Positions 1 to 21,943 of a stretch of 64,000 nt of DNA are shown here, in pieces (the stretch's first letter is position 1; every line of letters starts with the position of its first letter). A model generated the notes under the pieces. That model was not told the DNA's origin. It was given only the letters and a program-made list of their open reading frames with translations, and searched no databases. Made by a program: the position numbers and the translations under genes. The stretch comes from the human T2T-CHM13v2.0 reference genome, Homo sapiens, in the NCBI RefSeq assembly GCF_009914755.1, contig NC_060935.1. One strand, written 5' to 3'.

Positions 1-278
1 AAGGGATCTTGTGAGTATAACCAATAATCCCAATCAGTTTTTTCTGAGTTAGTCAAAAGGAAGGATATGCTGGATAGGCCTAACATATGCAGTAAAGACA
101 TCGTCCTTTGGCCTTGGAGAAACAAAGTAACATAATATAGAGCGGGCCCATTGGCAGGGAATGATGGGTAGCCTCTAGGAGCTGAAGGTCTCACTCCTAC
201 AATTGCAAGAAACTGAATTCTGCCAACCACCAAGGAGGTTGAAGGAGGACCTCAAGCTTCACATAAATACACAGGCTG

Positions 279-684
<406 letters not shown>

Positions 685-702
685 CTAAAGATGTTAATTT
701 AT

Positions 703-1106
<404 letters not shown>

Positions 1107-1195
1107 TCAGAAGCTATACTATAGGCTTTCCTTTAGACAGATAAAATGTAGATTTTTAAAATTGTCTCATCAATTTGGTTTGGGTTTTATTCCAC

Positions 1196-1198
<3 letters not shown>

Positions 1199-1256
<58 letters not shown>
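1199..1256. repeat. (AT)29 microsatellite
   Basis: Uninterrupted AT dinucleotide run. Confidence 0.98.
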
Positions 1257-1258
<2 letters not shown>

Positions 1259-1333
1259 GCTTCTTCTATAGTAAGCCAGTAGCCTAATGTTAGCTATTTA
1301 GCTTGTCTGACCTTTAGAAAAGCTGGTACAATA

Positions 1334-1694
<361 letters not shown>

Positions 1695-2485
1695 TCAAAC
1701 TAAGTATTACCTTGTATTTTCTTAGAAAATTATATAGGATCTAATTCACACAAATAGAAAGGCTGAATTAAAAAGCATGTGCATTTTTGAAACATATTCC
1801 TATTCCTAAAAACATTGATATGACTGACAGCCCCCTGGGATCCACATGAGTATCGAGTTCATTTCCTGTCTAGAATATATTAGGTACTAAAATACATAGA
1901 AAGTTCTAAAAATTGTAAGAAAATAATTTTATAAGATTCAGGACATGTAACTATGATAAACTCTGCATCTATACACAAAAATTCTTTAAAACCTTTCTAT
2001 GGCAAATAGTGGAAGACTCAAAACATTTTTCTTTAAGAGCATCTACCAATCCCACAGCAAAGTGTGGCAGCCAATTAAACACCTTTAGTAATTGTTGGAA
2101 TGTTATCAGGCAGAAAGAATTTGTAGACAATCTGAAAATTCAATTAAAACAAAAAGTCTAATCTCTATACCTGTAAGAAATTTGAATCACTGATAGATTT
2201 TTCTAGCACTTATATTCTTTGTTTTTTGCCTTTTACTTGAGGAATGTAATTAAAGAGAGGGAAGGTCAGGGAAAGAATAGCCAGGCTGAATTAAAGAAAA
2301 ACAAAGAAACTTCCATTTGAAACCAGATTATAAGCATACTTAGTTTCAAAATTGAAATCTATCATGTCTTAATAAGAAATAGTTAAGATAAAAACTGCTG
2401 ACATTATGTTGAAAAGGTAGGGGATATACAAATTATTACACAGAATCCAATGGCAGGAAATACATCTAAAACTTATGAAAAACAA

Positions 2486-2790
2486 GGCCAGCACTTTGGG
2501 AGGCCTGGCGGTAGGGGGGGCATTGTGGATCAGGAGGTCAAGAGTACGAGACCAGCCTTGCCAATATGGTGAAACCCTGTCTCTACTAATAATACAAAAA
2601 TTAGATGGGCGTGATGGTGCATGCCTGTACAGCCCTCAATCCCAGCTACTCAGGAGTCTGAGATAGGAGAATTACTTGAACCCAGGAGGCGGAGGCTGCA
2701 GTGAGCTGAGATCACGCCACTGCACTCTAGCCTGGGCGACAGAGCAAGACTCTGTCTCAAAAAAAAAAAAAAAAAAAAAGAAGAAAAACA
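2486..2790 (+). mobile_element. AluS with 5' deletion and G-rich insertion
   Basis: Starts ggcc|agcactttggg, lacking about 28 nt of the left-arm start; A tail. Confidence 0.9.
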
Positions 2791-3191
2791 AAAAACTTTA
2801 ATTGAAGAAGCAAAGGTCAAAATTATTTTCACTATCTCAGGTCTTCTGCAATCCCTTATTTCACTGTATTCATTCTCTTTTTGAGGGTTCTTCTGTCCCT
2901 GTTTTGGGGTGCTAGATCTAACACCCATGGCCTAGAGCTCCATGATCACAGGTTTGCCTGATACGAACCAACTAGTGTTTCTGTGATACTCTTTCAAATT
3001 TCTAAGGGTATTGAATTAATGTGATTTGAAGCAAGAGTATACTTGCACTTTTAAAGATATGGTCAGGGGATTGAAGGTCACATTTTAGCCTCTACTAGGT
3101 AGGAGAGCAAACATTCTCACAAGGCACAGAGATAAATTATCCGGAATTCATATTCACACTTTAAATTATCTTTTAAAAACTTGTAAGCTCT

Positions 3192-3512
3192 GGCCGGGCG
3201 CAGTGGCTCATGCCTGTAATCCCAGCACTTTGGGAGGCCAAGGCGGGCGGATCATCAGGGCAGGAGATCGAGACCATCCTGGCTAACACGGTGAAACCCC
3301 ATCTCTACTAAAAGTACAAAAAAAAAAATTAGCTGGGTGTGTTGGCCGGTGCCTGTAGTCCCAGCTTCTTGGGAGGCTGAGGCAGGAGAATGGCGTGAAC
3401 CCGGGAGGCAAAGCTTGCACTGAGCCTAGATCATGCCACTGCACTCCAGCCTGGGCAACAGAGGGAGACTGTCTCAAAAAAACAAACAAAAACAAAAACA
3501 AAAACAAAAAAC
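3192..3512 (+). mobile_element. AluY
   Basis: AluY diagnostics; (CAAAA)n tail; TSD aactt(g/a)taagctct. Confidence 0.95.
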
Positions 3513-3545
3513 AACTTATAAGCTCTACATTTTAGGGTTTTTTAA

Positions 3546-3936
<391 letters not shown>

Positions 3937-5150
3937 AATAATTATAAATTCACAGGAAGTTGCAAAGAAATGTATAGGGAAGTCCTGTGTACCTTTCTCC
4001 TAGCTTCCCAAAATGTTAACATCCTACACAGCTATGGTACAATATCAAACACGGAAAGGTGACATGGCTATAATCTACAAAGTTCACTCACAATTCACCA
4101 ATTATGCATAATTACACATGCATTCATTTGTGTTTGTGCAGGTATGTGTGTAGCTCTATGAAATTTTACCACATAAGTAGGCCTTCATAACTACAGCCAG
4201 TCAAGATACTTTCCTTTAATCCACACCCATCTCCAACACCTATTCCCAAACTCTATCAACCAGTAATATCTTCTACATCATTATAATGATGATATTTTGT
4301 ATTACAAAAAATGGAATAATACATATCATTTTGAAATTGGCTTTCTTTATTCAGCATTTTTTTAGATTAACCTAAGTTGTGTGTATCGATAGCTTTGTCC
4401 TTTATATTGCCAAGTAATATATGGCATGGAGGTACTAAAGTTTGTTTAACCATTCATCCATTGTAGGACATTTGAGAGTTTCCACTTTGGGGCCATTATG
4501 AATAGAGCTGCAGAATACATTAATTTATAAAGTACTACATGAAAATGTCTTCATTTTTCTAAAGTATATGCCCAAGAGTGCAGTTTCTCTGTTGTATTGT
4601 CAGACTACATTTAAAAAGTAACTTCCAATTATTTCCAGAGTGGCTACATATTTTACATTCTTATCAGCAATTATGAGTGACCTAATATTTGTGCATTCTT
4701 GCCAGCCTTTGGTGTTATCACAATTTTTAAAACTTTACCTATTGTATGGGTGTATAAGTGAAATCAGTTTTTTACTTTGTAGTTCTCTAATGGGAAATGA
4801 TGCTAAATATCTCTTCCTATGTGTACTTGCTACTTGTATATCCTCTTTGTTGAAATGTCTGTGCATATTTTTTGTCCATATTCGAAATGGATCATCCTTT
4901 TTTAACTGTTTAGTTTTGAGAATTCTTTATGTATAGTAGGTACAAGGCCTTGTTAAATATGTGCACTGTAAATATTTTCTCCAAGTCTGTAGCTTATCAT
5001 TTTGTCCTTTTAATTGGGTTTTTAAAAGACAAAACTTTTTTACTTCTGGTAAGATGGAATTTATCAATTTTTACTTGTATGGCTTATGCTTCTGATATCA
5101 ACACTAAAAACTCTTTGTCTAGTTCAAAGTCCTGAGGATTTTCTCCTATA

Positions 5151-5156
<6 letters not shown>
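3937..5156 (-). mobile_element. Old L1 (L1MC-like) 3' UTR and ORF2 end; non-inverted part of a 5'-inverted L1
   Basis: aattcacaggaagttgcaaag...gtgtacctttctcctagcttccc 3' UTR motif and antisense ORF2 C-terminal sequence. Confidence 0.8.
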
Positions 5157-6374
<1,218 letters not shown>

Positions 6375-6639
6375 TAATTTGTTTTAATCATCAAAATCTA
6401 AAATTGCTTGCATGTAGATGAAGTTAAGAAATAAGAATAAATTCCTTAAAATAGAGTCAGAATTAGCCTGCTTTGAACAGGTGCATCATCATTTAAACAT
6501 TGTAGAGAATGTTAGTAAACCCCTTCATAAAAGAGGATAGATAGAATAAGTCCATTCTTTGATATTTGATACATGAATACTCCAGTCAGAGAAATTCTTA
6601 TTATGACTCAGTGATAATTACCCCCTTACTTTTTCCTAA

Positions 6640-7160
6640 TTATTCTCAGAACTAGACAGTATGCAGGAACAGACCAGGGCCATGCCATGTAAATGGTCTG
6701 CTTTGCCACAATTAATCTATTCATGAAATATATGGAACGCCAGCTGCATCACAGTAGAATATCACTAGTAAACTAAACACTTTCTTCCCAGAAGTCTCTG
6801 TCCTTGCTGTGTTTGATAAAATAAGCTGCTATATTTCGAGTTTCTATATGTAGAGACTGTTCAGGAACCGTGGGTGAGTCCTGTCAATAGCCAAGAAACT
6901 GAAGCCCTCAAGTCTCTAGCTTCATAGCAACTGAATTCTGCCAACATCCACATCAGCTTGAAAGTGGATCCATCACCATGGTAGACTGAGGAAAGATCAT
7001 AATCACAACCTTGGCTTCAATTTTCAGTTAAGACCCCAAAGCAGAAATCCAAGCAAAGCCATGTCCAGATTCCTGACCCCCACAAACTGAGATAATAAAT
7101 GGATGCCATTTAAGTGGCTAACTTAGTGGATATATGGTTAGGTAAAAATAGATAAATAAT
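6640..7160 (+). mobile_element. MLT1-type MaLR LTR
   Basis: aagaaactgaagccctc...aactgaattctgccaac...cagattcctgaccc...gagataataaatg motifs. Confidence 0.7.
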
Positions 7161-7476
7161 TCATACTTTAAGAAGCCTGCAGCTTTGATGTATTACTTAT
7201 TATATCTATCACATATACAGCCTGACTCATGGATAAATGATGATTATCAGTTAATATTTAATAATGACTGAATGAATGACAATATAGACACATACATCTA
7301 AAAAGATGGAAGAATATATATTTTTAATAGCATTGTATTTATATTAGCTATGCCCATTATCAAATGGCCCAGAGCAGCGGTTTCCAAACAGTGGAGATAA
7401 AAATGACAGAATAGCTTCGATAACAGTGAATTCGTGTGTGCAGTAAACATCTCTAGGTCAGAAATTGTGTTACAGA

Positions 7477-7754
7477 TTTTTTTTTTTTTGAGACTGAGTC
7501 ACGCTCTGTCGCCCAGGCTGGAATGCAGTGGTGTGATCTCGGCTCACTGCAACCTCTGCCTCCCAGATTCAACTACAGGTGCTCGCCACCATGCCCGGCT
7601 ATTTTTTGTATTATTATTATTATTATTATTATTTTTAGTAGAGACGGGGTTTCACCATAGTGGCCAGGCTGGTCTCAAACTCCTGACCTTGTGATCCGCC
7701 CACCTCGGCCTCCCAAAGTGCTAGGATTACAGGAGTGAGCCACCACGCCTAGCC
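7477..7754 (-). mobile_element. AluS with internal deletion and (TTA)n linker expansion
   Basis: Missing gcgattctcctgcctcagcctcc...gctggga at about 7572; (TTA)n at 7609-7632; TSD acagat. Confidence 0.93.
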
Positions 7755-9063
7755 ACAGATATGTTTTTGAAATGTATATAGATGTAATGAATGCAGTGCA
7801 AAAATCATTAAAATTCACTATTGAATTCATAGTAGACTTTTGTTGTTCTTTGAGGTGAGATCAGAAATTATGATGTCATGCATCTACTCAATTTGCTAAT
7901 TATTTTCAAGAGCTGATAAGACATTAAGAGACATTTAAATGGAGGTATTCAGAGAGGCAGATATATGTGTTCAAATTTGTAAATATTACCTTTTCAGGTT
8001 TTAGGTCCAGTCGACATTAACTGTCTAGGAAAATGAGAAAAGGATTCAATTGTACTACCGAGAAGTAATGCATGAAATAATATTTTCAAAGGAGTAAAAA
8101 GCAGCCATTTAATCAGGGTAGGCACATGATGGCACCGCATCTGTTTCCCATCATTCTTTCCTTTTATCAGAAAGCCCGCTACAGCAAACAGAATGCGGGC
8201 AGCAAAAGAAGATGAGGGTGTTTTCCTTTAAATCTTTGGCCAGCCATAAACTTACTTCGAAAAAATGGAACAGGGGCAGACAGCAATCAACACACACAAA
8301 AAGCGAAAGGCAACCTTCTTTTTAAAAAGAACTGCACTCCACTGGAAAGATACAGACAAAAATCAGTTCTGGGTAGCAGCCGTATTCACTTTGTGTAATA
8401 CACTACTCAAAGCCAAATTTGCCAATCATGATAGATGATTAAAAACAAAAATATCTGGTTATTTTACAAAAACTGCTTTCTTCTACCACAGATTTATTAA
8501 GGCCATCTGCATTTATAAACGTTGGGATGAGGTGAATTGGGCCAGTATGAGAAATTTCTGGCTGTTTTGGCGTGGCACTAATCCTAGGTGAGCCTCTGGC
8601 TTGTCTAATGAAGGCTTATTTAATACAAGTTAGCTCTCTAGGGGCCAGGAGAGAGGGTCAAAAACATTTGTGCCTCAGTTCATGTGTTATTTGAAATAAA
8701 TAATCTGGATTTGAGGCATCCTACCTTGAAAAAAGAAAAAGAAGTTATTGCCAAATCTATTATTCCCATGGCCAGAGACAGTTGTGTCCAGATCTATGTG
8801 TAACAATAATGATTAAACCTCTTGATAAAACTGTAAACCTTAAAAAAGAGGAAAGTAGAGAAAAGAATAATATTCTCTCTTGATATCTGCTATGAAGAAT
8901 TCACCAGGATTAAATTTGTCAAGAAAACCCACCCAGGTGCTATTTGAAAGCTGTGCTTAAAAAGGATATCAAGAAATACAAAACAAGTGAAATCCTGTGG
9001 CTGTCTTTTGAATATATTAATTCAAATAACTGCAACAATTAGAAGCAAATTCGATTCGGAGAC

Positions 9064-9414
9064 TGTATTAGTTTGCTATGTTTGCCATAAGAAAATACTA
9101 CAGACTAGCTGGCTAAATAACGTAAATTTATTTTCTCATGGTTCTGAAGACTAGAATTGCAAGATCATCAAGGTGTCCGTAGAATTGATTTCTCCTGCGG
9201 CCTCGTCCCTTGGCTTGTGGATGGCCAGTTTCTCGTTGTGTCCTTATGTGTCTCTTCTAAATACATCAGTCAGGCTGCAGTAGGTCATACATAATAGCCT
9301 CATTTTGACTCAATTACCTCATTTGACCCTATCGCCAAAGGCAGTCATATTCTGAGGTATGGGGGTTAGGGCCTCAGCATATGAATTTGGGGGTTCATAA
9401 CTTAGCTTATAACA
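9064..9414 (-). mobile_element. MLT1A/B-type solo LTR
   Basis: tgtattagtttgcta...catatgaatttgggg...taaca, TG..CA termini, 5-bp TSD gagac/gagaa. Confidence 0.85.
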
Positions 9415-9614
9415 GAGAATTTTAAAGTACACATATATACTCCTAGGGATTAAAGCAGCTTTAAATGAACTTATTTTCTACACAACTATTCACAATTAAC
9501 ATTAAAATTCTACTTTCAGAAGAAACTAATAACTGCAATCATGCAAGAACAAATAGCCAGTGTGTAAAGCTGCTAAAGTGATTTCAAGTACTTATTTCAT
9601 CCAAAGATAGAAGC

Positions 9615-9735
9615 CAGTCTCTTAAAGTGTCTGAACCTAACCTTTCCTGTCTGTAAAATGGGTCATTGTAATAGAGAGGCCTTAACGTAAGTTAGTACTG
9701 AGAATCAAAAGTTTGTGATTAGGTGATACATGTCC
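9615..9735 (+). mobile_element. MIR fragment
   Basis: Core motif tttcctgtctgtaaaatggg. Confidence 0.6.
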
Positions 9736-9928
9736 ATTTATTTTCTGATACTGTTTTACTTACAAAAAGTGTGATTTAAAATCATATTTCCATGTTACTT
9801 GAATAAAAGTTAAATACAGAGCAAGAGGATGAAAAGGACTGAACACTTAATAAATAAGGTATTTGGAAAAATGGTTTTAGAATTTTTAAACTAGTTAAAA
9901 ACTACAAAGGTGATGTGCAGACATATAG

Positions 9929-9965
<37 letters not shown>

Positions 9966-9980
9966 ATATATATATACACA
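9929..9980. repeat. Compound microsatellite (TCTA)9(TA)n(CA)n
   Basis: Directly visible. Confidence 0.97.
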
Positions 9981-9984
9981 TTGC

Positions 9985-13570
<3,586 letters not shown>

Positions 13571-13574
13571 TTTC

Positions 13575-15235
<1,661 letters not shown>

Positions 15236-15729
15236 ATACTTGGTCAATAGTTGTCTTTTTCTTTGTGTACTTTAAATATATTATTCTACTTCTTCTTGTC
15301 TCTGTTGTTTCTAATGAATAATTTAGCTGTTCATCTTATTGGATTCTCCAACAATGCATCACCGCGGATAGATCCTTCATCTCATGAGTAGGGGCAGAGG
15401 AGAAGGATGCCCTCCCTTCTTGGCTATATTCACGTGGAATTTAACCTCTGCAACATGTAGCTGGAGGCAGAATAAGTAATGTTAGCATCCTGCCCCTCCA
15501 GAGTATATAGTCCTTCAACTAAGAAAGAAAGTCCTTTGTTACTGGTTTTAACAGTCTGGATTGGAGTTTTGCCTTGTTGAGCCTTGTTGATATGGGAGAG
15601 AGGATTGTGGGTGTGAGTCTTGGTCTGAATACTGCAAACTTTCACAGATCTTTTGAAAATTTAATAGTTTCCTGAATAAGTGTTTCTTCACTCACTGTAT
15701 GCACTTAGTGCCATTTACAGAGCTAGTTT

Positions 15730-15965
15730 TATATATGTAAAACTACACACACACATATTCTATATACATACACATATATATACACATGCACATATATATA
15801 CATACATGTATAACTAATAACTATATATATCTGTATAAAATGTTACTGGTTTTGCTAAAGAGGGTTCTGAGGAGCTCCTCTCCTCTTGCTCTCATTTGAA
15901 AGTAGAATCTCATATATATGTATACACACACACACATACATATATATACACATATATACATATAT
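15730..15965. repeat. Two (TA/CA) low-complexity tracts
   Basis: Alternating purine-pyrimidine runs at about 15730-15830 and 15911-15965. Confidence 0.85.
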
Positions 15966-16056
15966 TTAACTTTAGATTTCTCAATGTTATTTTATGTTTA
16001 TCCCTGATGAAGACTATACAAAATAAGAGTAATGACAATAGTAACAGCAAATTATT

Positions 16057-16673
16057 ATAGGGACATAATTAATTTGTCTATATTCTTCTGAAGATTTGAG
16101 TCTTAATTCTGCTGAAATTAACTGTCAATAGACAGATTAATGGGCCGAAATGTACACATATTTATTTACGTGCATGGAGACACAGAAAATATAAATCTCA
16201 AAGAAGAACCAGATTTATTAATAGTACTTCCTTTGTACAAGAAAAGGAGATGGGGGAATAAGCAATTTAAGAGCTAGTAAATGATTTTCAGAACTGTTGA
16301 TTCGGCCCAAAGGAAGAAACTGTAGTTTGTAAATGATTCTCTTTGAAACTGAATGGAATCTAAGAACAGACTATAGCTTGGGACAAAGTCTGTCTAGGTG
16401 TGGTGACATTCCTCAGTCATCCTGAGATGAGTTTAATCTTCCCTGATTAATGAAATTCCACAGATGGCATCAAAGGCAATTGTGTTTCTTCTGAAGGAGC
16501 TTCAGATAAGGGAACTTCAGAGTTCCTTCCACCCTGTTCTTAGGAGAAACAGGAGAAAGTCAGAAAGTCCTTGGTCCTGAGCCTGTTTCTAAAGCCTTTT
16601 CATTTCCTTCAGTTTGAAGTGCTTAGCATGCCAAAGCCTCATACTTTGAGGTATCTTTTTTTGAGCCTCAACA
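16057..16673 (-). mobile_element. ERV1-class solo LTR (MER34/MER39-like), inserted in a MIR
   Basis: Terminus agcatgccaaag...tgaggtatc...tgagcctcaaca; MIR-like sequence on both sides. Confidence 0.7.
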
Positions 16674-16890
16674 TAATATTTTTGAGCACTGTCTAGATGC
16701 AACACTATGCTTTTTTTCTTTTATGGACACTATTTAATAGTGTTAAAATATTAATTAAAATACTTTAATAATGTCTACAGAAGAAATAGAAATATTTTAT
16801 CCCTTTATTACCGATAAGGAAACAGGGTGAGAAAGTCTTTAGCAGATTCATTCAAGAATATATGGCAGAATCAGGCATTCTACTCAAGTC
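16674..16890 (-). mobile_element. MIR fragment
   Basis: ttatccctttattaccgataaggaaacaggg resembles the MIR core. Confidence 0.55.
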
Positions 16891-17220
16891 TCTCACATAA
16901 AACCCCTTATAATGTAATGTATAATGTAAACAATTATGTGACTTATAGACAAATGTTATTAAGAAAAACAGAGTCACGTATTCTATCTAAATTTCTAGCT
17001 ATTAAATAATAAAATTAGATTTTGATTCATGAAATCAATATTTGGACCATTTTTCTAGAGTACTTTCACCCAAATTATAATTGCTATAAATTTATACAAA
17101 TTATAATTGTATAGATGTGTGCCTTTTAAAAATATAAGTGTTATAATCTATGTTTTTGGGTTGTATACAAATAGTTAGTCGACCGTGCCCGGCCGCCTAT
17201 AAATGTTAATATCGTATCTT

Positions 17221-17842
<622 letters not shown>

Positions 17843-18156
17843 AATATCATATCTTAATATTCATTATTTTTTATGTTTTATCCTTAAAAGTAAAGATTAT
17901 AAGAATACACAACCAATTCTTAACAAAATTTCAAAACTAAAATGGCAGCAAAAAAACACAAAGAAATAAAAACAAAAACAAACATTCCAAATGGGAAAGA
18001 GGAATTAAAAACGTCTGTCTTAGACACAAAAAACAAGCAAATACAATAAAACTGGGAAAGGAAATGAGAGTTAAAGAAAAATTACAATAAAGCGTGATCT
18101 TTTTTATGGAGGGGTTAATATATGAAAAGAGGTTGGAAACAGCTCTGATGGTTAGG

Positions 18157-18650
18157 TTCACTCACTCGTTCTTTAAGAAAATATAAAGTTTTTATGATAT
18201 GGCAGCTATATTAGGAATTAGAGCATGAGGAATACAATGTTTCCTTCTCTAAGGAGCTCATCTTCCAATGAAGGATAAAGGCACAATTAATGGTATATTT
18301 TGTATTCACAGGTGACCGCTCTGGTATATGTATGATACTATGGAAACAGAAAAGAAAGAGCACAGACAAGATGCATGATGATGAGGGGAGAGTTTAGAAG
18401 AAAGGGCTAGCAGTAGACATACTGCTCAAGTTGATGAGAAGATAGAGGAGGGATTTCCCAACCTGAGAGAGCACATTTTGAAAAAGAATAGGGACCTAAG
18501 AGAGAATGAGATATTAAGGCATCCATAAGTAGCTTACTGTGGCTGAAGCACCAAATTAAATATAGGTGAGTGATTGGAGAGAAATGTTGAAGAGATAAGA
18601 AGGAGGGCCCAGCATATTTGTCTGGAGACCTGGAAATCTGAGTCATCTTG
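18157..18650 (-). mobile_element. L2 fragment
   Basis: ttcactcactc tail-like start and tccttctctaaggagctcat motif. Confidence 0.55.
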
Positions 18651-19694
18651 AGGAATGAGCTCAAAGCAGAGGGAAGAGTGCCATCTATTGAATCTCTGCT
18701 ACTGAATGCTGTAGGCTGTCTAAATCTTTCACTTTGCAAGTAGTCTGATCTTCCCAATGTCCTAAAAGCCTAGCAGCCTAGAATTTTGTTAACTAAAGGT
18801 AGATGCTTTACTTATGGCCATTCTTTATGACCCATATTTATGTGGCTGTTTTGCAAACTCTCACTTTATGAATAAGTATACCACAGTTGAGAAACTCCCC
18901 ACGGTTTCACATCAATAGACAGTTATATATCTTTTTCCTTTTTTTTTTTTTTTGACAGTGGCACAAAAATTTCTGTCTTCACAGAAAAAGTTGGTATTTT
19001 TTAAAGTGCCTGCTTATTTTGTAAGCCGATTCAGGGTTGAACTTTTAAACCTGCTGGAGACATCATACATCTCTTGTAGATTTCACTTATGCTTGATATC
19101 ATTACAAAGTCATTTTGAGTTTGTTCCCATGATTCACTTTGAAAGGTAGGATACTTTTTATAGTACTTTAAATTATTTTTCTAAGATATTTAGAGAGAGA
19201 AAGAGACAGAATTTTGTCACTATAATCAGAAACATCAGACATTGTTCTCACCTCTCATTTTTTCACAAGTGTCAATCTTCTGCCATGAAAATAACACATA
19301 TTGTGCATGAATTCAAAAAACAAACTTAATAATGGCATTATTATTAATGCTATTGTTATCATAGAGGTAGTCATACTAGTTATTATAGAGTAGTGAAGCT
19401 GGTAGATTTGGGATGGGATTAGACATTCTGATGGATGAATACATACAAGAAAAATGTAATGACGTGAAAAGCCAAAACACAGCTCTAATCAATTTGCCAC
19501 TGTTGTGAACAGATTTCTGCTGGACAGTTTAAAGCAGCCTCCTAAACAAAAAGATACATCTGAAAAGTTAAGCATAATGTATTCTCAAAGCCTCTTTTAA
19601 TGAAAAGTGTACTTGTTTTGCATTGCTCTGAAAACATTAAAGGTAACAGTCAGTAGATTACGTTTCCAGGAGTGTGGCATTCTTATGGACCTAT

Positions 19695-20041
19695 TTTTTC
19701 TTTCTTCTCTTTCTTTTCTGTCTTTATCTTTCTGTCTTTCCTTTCTTTTCCCTCCCTCCCTTCCTTCCTTCCTCTGATAGGGCCTTGCTCTATGCCTCAG
19801 GATGGAGTGTGGTGGCACAATGCAGCTCACTGCAAACTCAGACTCCTGGGCTCAAGTGATCCTCCTGCCTCAGTCTTCCAAATAGCTGAAATTGCAGGTG
19901 CATGCTACCACACCCAGTTTATTTTTTAGTTTTGTTTCATTATGTGGCCCAGGCTGTTCTCAACCTCCTGTCCTCAAGCAGTCCTCCCACCTCAGCCTCC
20001 CAGAGTGCTAGGATTATAGGCGTGAGCCATTGTATCTAGTC
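19695..20041 (-). mobile_element. AluJ with CT-rich tail
   Basis: cctgggctcaagtgatcctcc AluJ diagnostics; diverged. Confidence 0.9.
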
Positions 20042-20987
20042 TATACTACTACTTTATGAAAGCACTTGAACACTTGATTCTGAGGTCTTTATTCTACCAA
20101 TTTTCAAAGCTTGTCTACAGAATACACTTTGATGGTGATTCCGCAAAATTAAATCATCATTGACAATTCAGAAGACGCAAGAACATCTTTTTTTCCCTAA
20201 ATGTTTAATTGAAAATAGGCACTTTGAAAAAGTTACTTCAAAATGTTGATATACATACATTATCTTAAAGGGCTTCTTATTGCCTATATGGTAAATGCTA
20301 AAAGCCTTAGCAAACTACTGTAAGCAACTCCACTATCTGACAAACAGGAAGCATCAGTTTATCGTGGTTTCCAGCGACTTATCTATATGAAGCCACAAGT
20401 CTTATCAGGATGGTGTCTTCACTGTCTTTTACATTCACTCTTATTTATGCTTCTCTTTGACTATCTAAAATGGTATTCCTCCATATCTTTCTAATTATAT
20501 GGGCCTGTGCTACAATTATTTATCTGTCTACCTATTTATCATGTAACTACCTATGTATTAAGTGCTGATACAAGTTGTATCTCCTCTTTGAATCCTTTTT
20601 TACAACTGTCTTTTCTAAACAACCATGGCATTTATCATTGGTATTCCTATTCTTTCTTGCTTACATCCCTTTATTCATTGACTCAAAAATAATGGTAATA
20701 TAACTCCCATAGGTAACAGGTTCTTAAAACATATAAATAAAATTTGTGTGAACTGTAATTTGTTCCCAGCATCTGGAGGGCATTAATTGGTTTTTGTAGA
20801 AGACATTCAATATAATTTTTAGCACAAAACTTTGAACATATTAATCAGCAAATATTTATGTAAAATTTAAAAAATTTTTTTCTTTCCATTTTGAAATCTG
20901 AATGTGTGAAACTTTGCAGAATGATGTGTGGTAATTCTAACAGTTCTTATGTCATATAGACTAATTTTAATCTTACTCATAACCAAG

Positions 20988-21410
20988 GTATTCATTATGG
21001 CAAGCTATATTTTGGCAGCATAAAAAAACACCAAATATAATACTTCAAACTCAAATGATTTTTATTCTTCACTCATGTAACATTCCAAAATAGATATTAT
21101 TAGCATAAACAGAGGATAAAGGGTAGTATAGATGTTTCTGCTCCATGTACCTTGGGAAATTAAGTATTTTCATCACATGCCTAAGTAAGTGGCACACTCC
21201 ATCTTAGACAGCTAGAAGAGGAAATGACAGTGAGGAACTCAGTGGGAGGTTTGTATGAGTTAGGCCTAAAAGCAACACCTATTTTTCCCATTCACAATTC
21301 CTTGACTAGAATTCAATCAAATGGCTATACATAACTCTGAAGGAGCATAATAAATATAATCCTTTTGTGTGTTCATAAAGAAAAGAAACTCATTTTTGTA
21401 GAAATAGTTA
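20988..21410 (-). mobile_element. Old MLT1 (J/K/L-like) LTR remnant
   Basis: cacaattccttgactagaattcaatcaaatggctatacataact motif. Confidence 0.55.
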
Positions 21411-21643
21411 AACATGTTTTAGTGGTTTATGGAAATTTTCTATTATAATCTATTAATATCACAATGATTTATATTTATTCTCTATTAATATTATAATATA
21501 CTATTATATTATCTTTACATATACTTTTAGGCCTTTTATAAACAAGGGAAAAAAACAAGATCAGAGAGATCCTTAAATGAAATTCTAGAATATTTTGTAA
21601 ATAAAATTCAATAACATGCTATATAGGAACCCAGTAAGGACAC

Positions 21644-21943
21644 TGTATTTGCTAGGGTTCTCCAAAGAACTAGAACCAGTAGAATACATGCGTGCGTGTG
21701 TGTGTGTGTGTATGCAGGAGAAATCTTACCCTATTTCAGAAAAAAAGCCTTTTTGTTTTATTCGGGTCCTCGATTGGATAAAGCCCACTCGTGTTAGGAA
21801 GGGCAATCTACTTTACTCTGTCTACCAATTTAAATGTTTATCTCATCCAAAACACCCTCACAGAAACACCCAGAATAATGTTTGACCAAATATCTGTGCA
21901 CCCCATGGCCCAGTCAAGTTGACACATGAAATTAGCCATCATA
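21644..21943 (-). mobile_element. MLT2-type (ERVL) solo LTR, internally deleted
   Basis: agggttctccaaagaa, (TG)n, cagtcaagttgacacatgaaattagccatca; TSD gacac/gatac. Confidence 0.85.

Noticed and set aside
1824-1845. CTCF-like gacagccccctggga
   Set aside because: Lacks the CC at the start of the core and the GGCRS end; weak match.
16728-16744. Palindrome acactatt-t-aatagtgt
   Set aside because: 8-bp AT-rich arms within a MIR relic; expected by chance.
18407-18757. 116-aa minus-strand ORF
   Set aside because: Overlaps an L2-like relic, has a non-ATG start and no recognisable domain.
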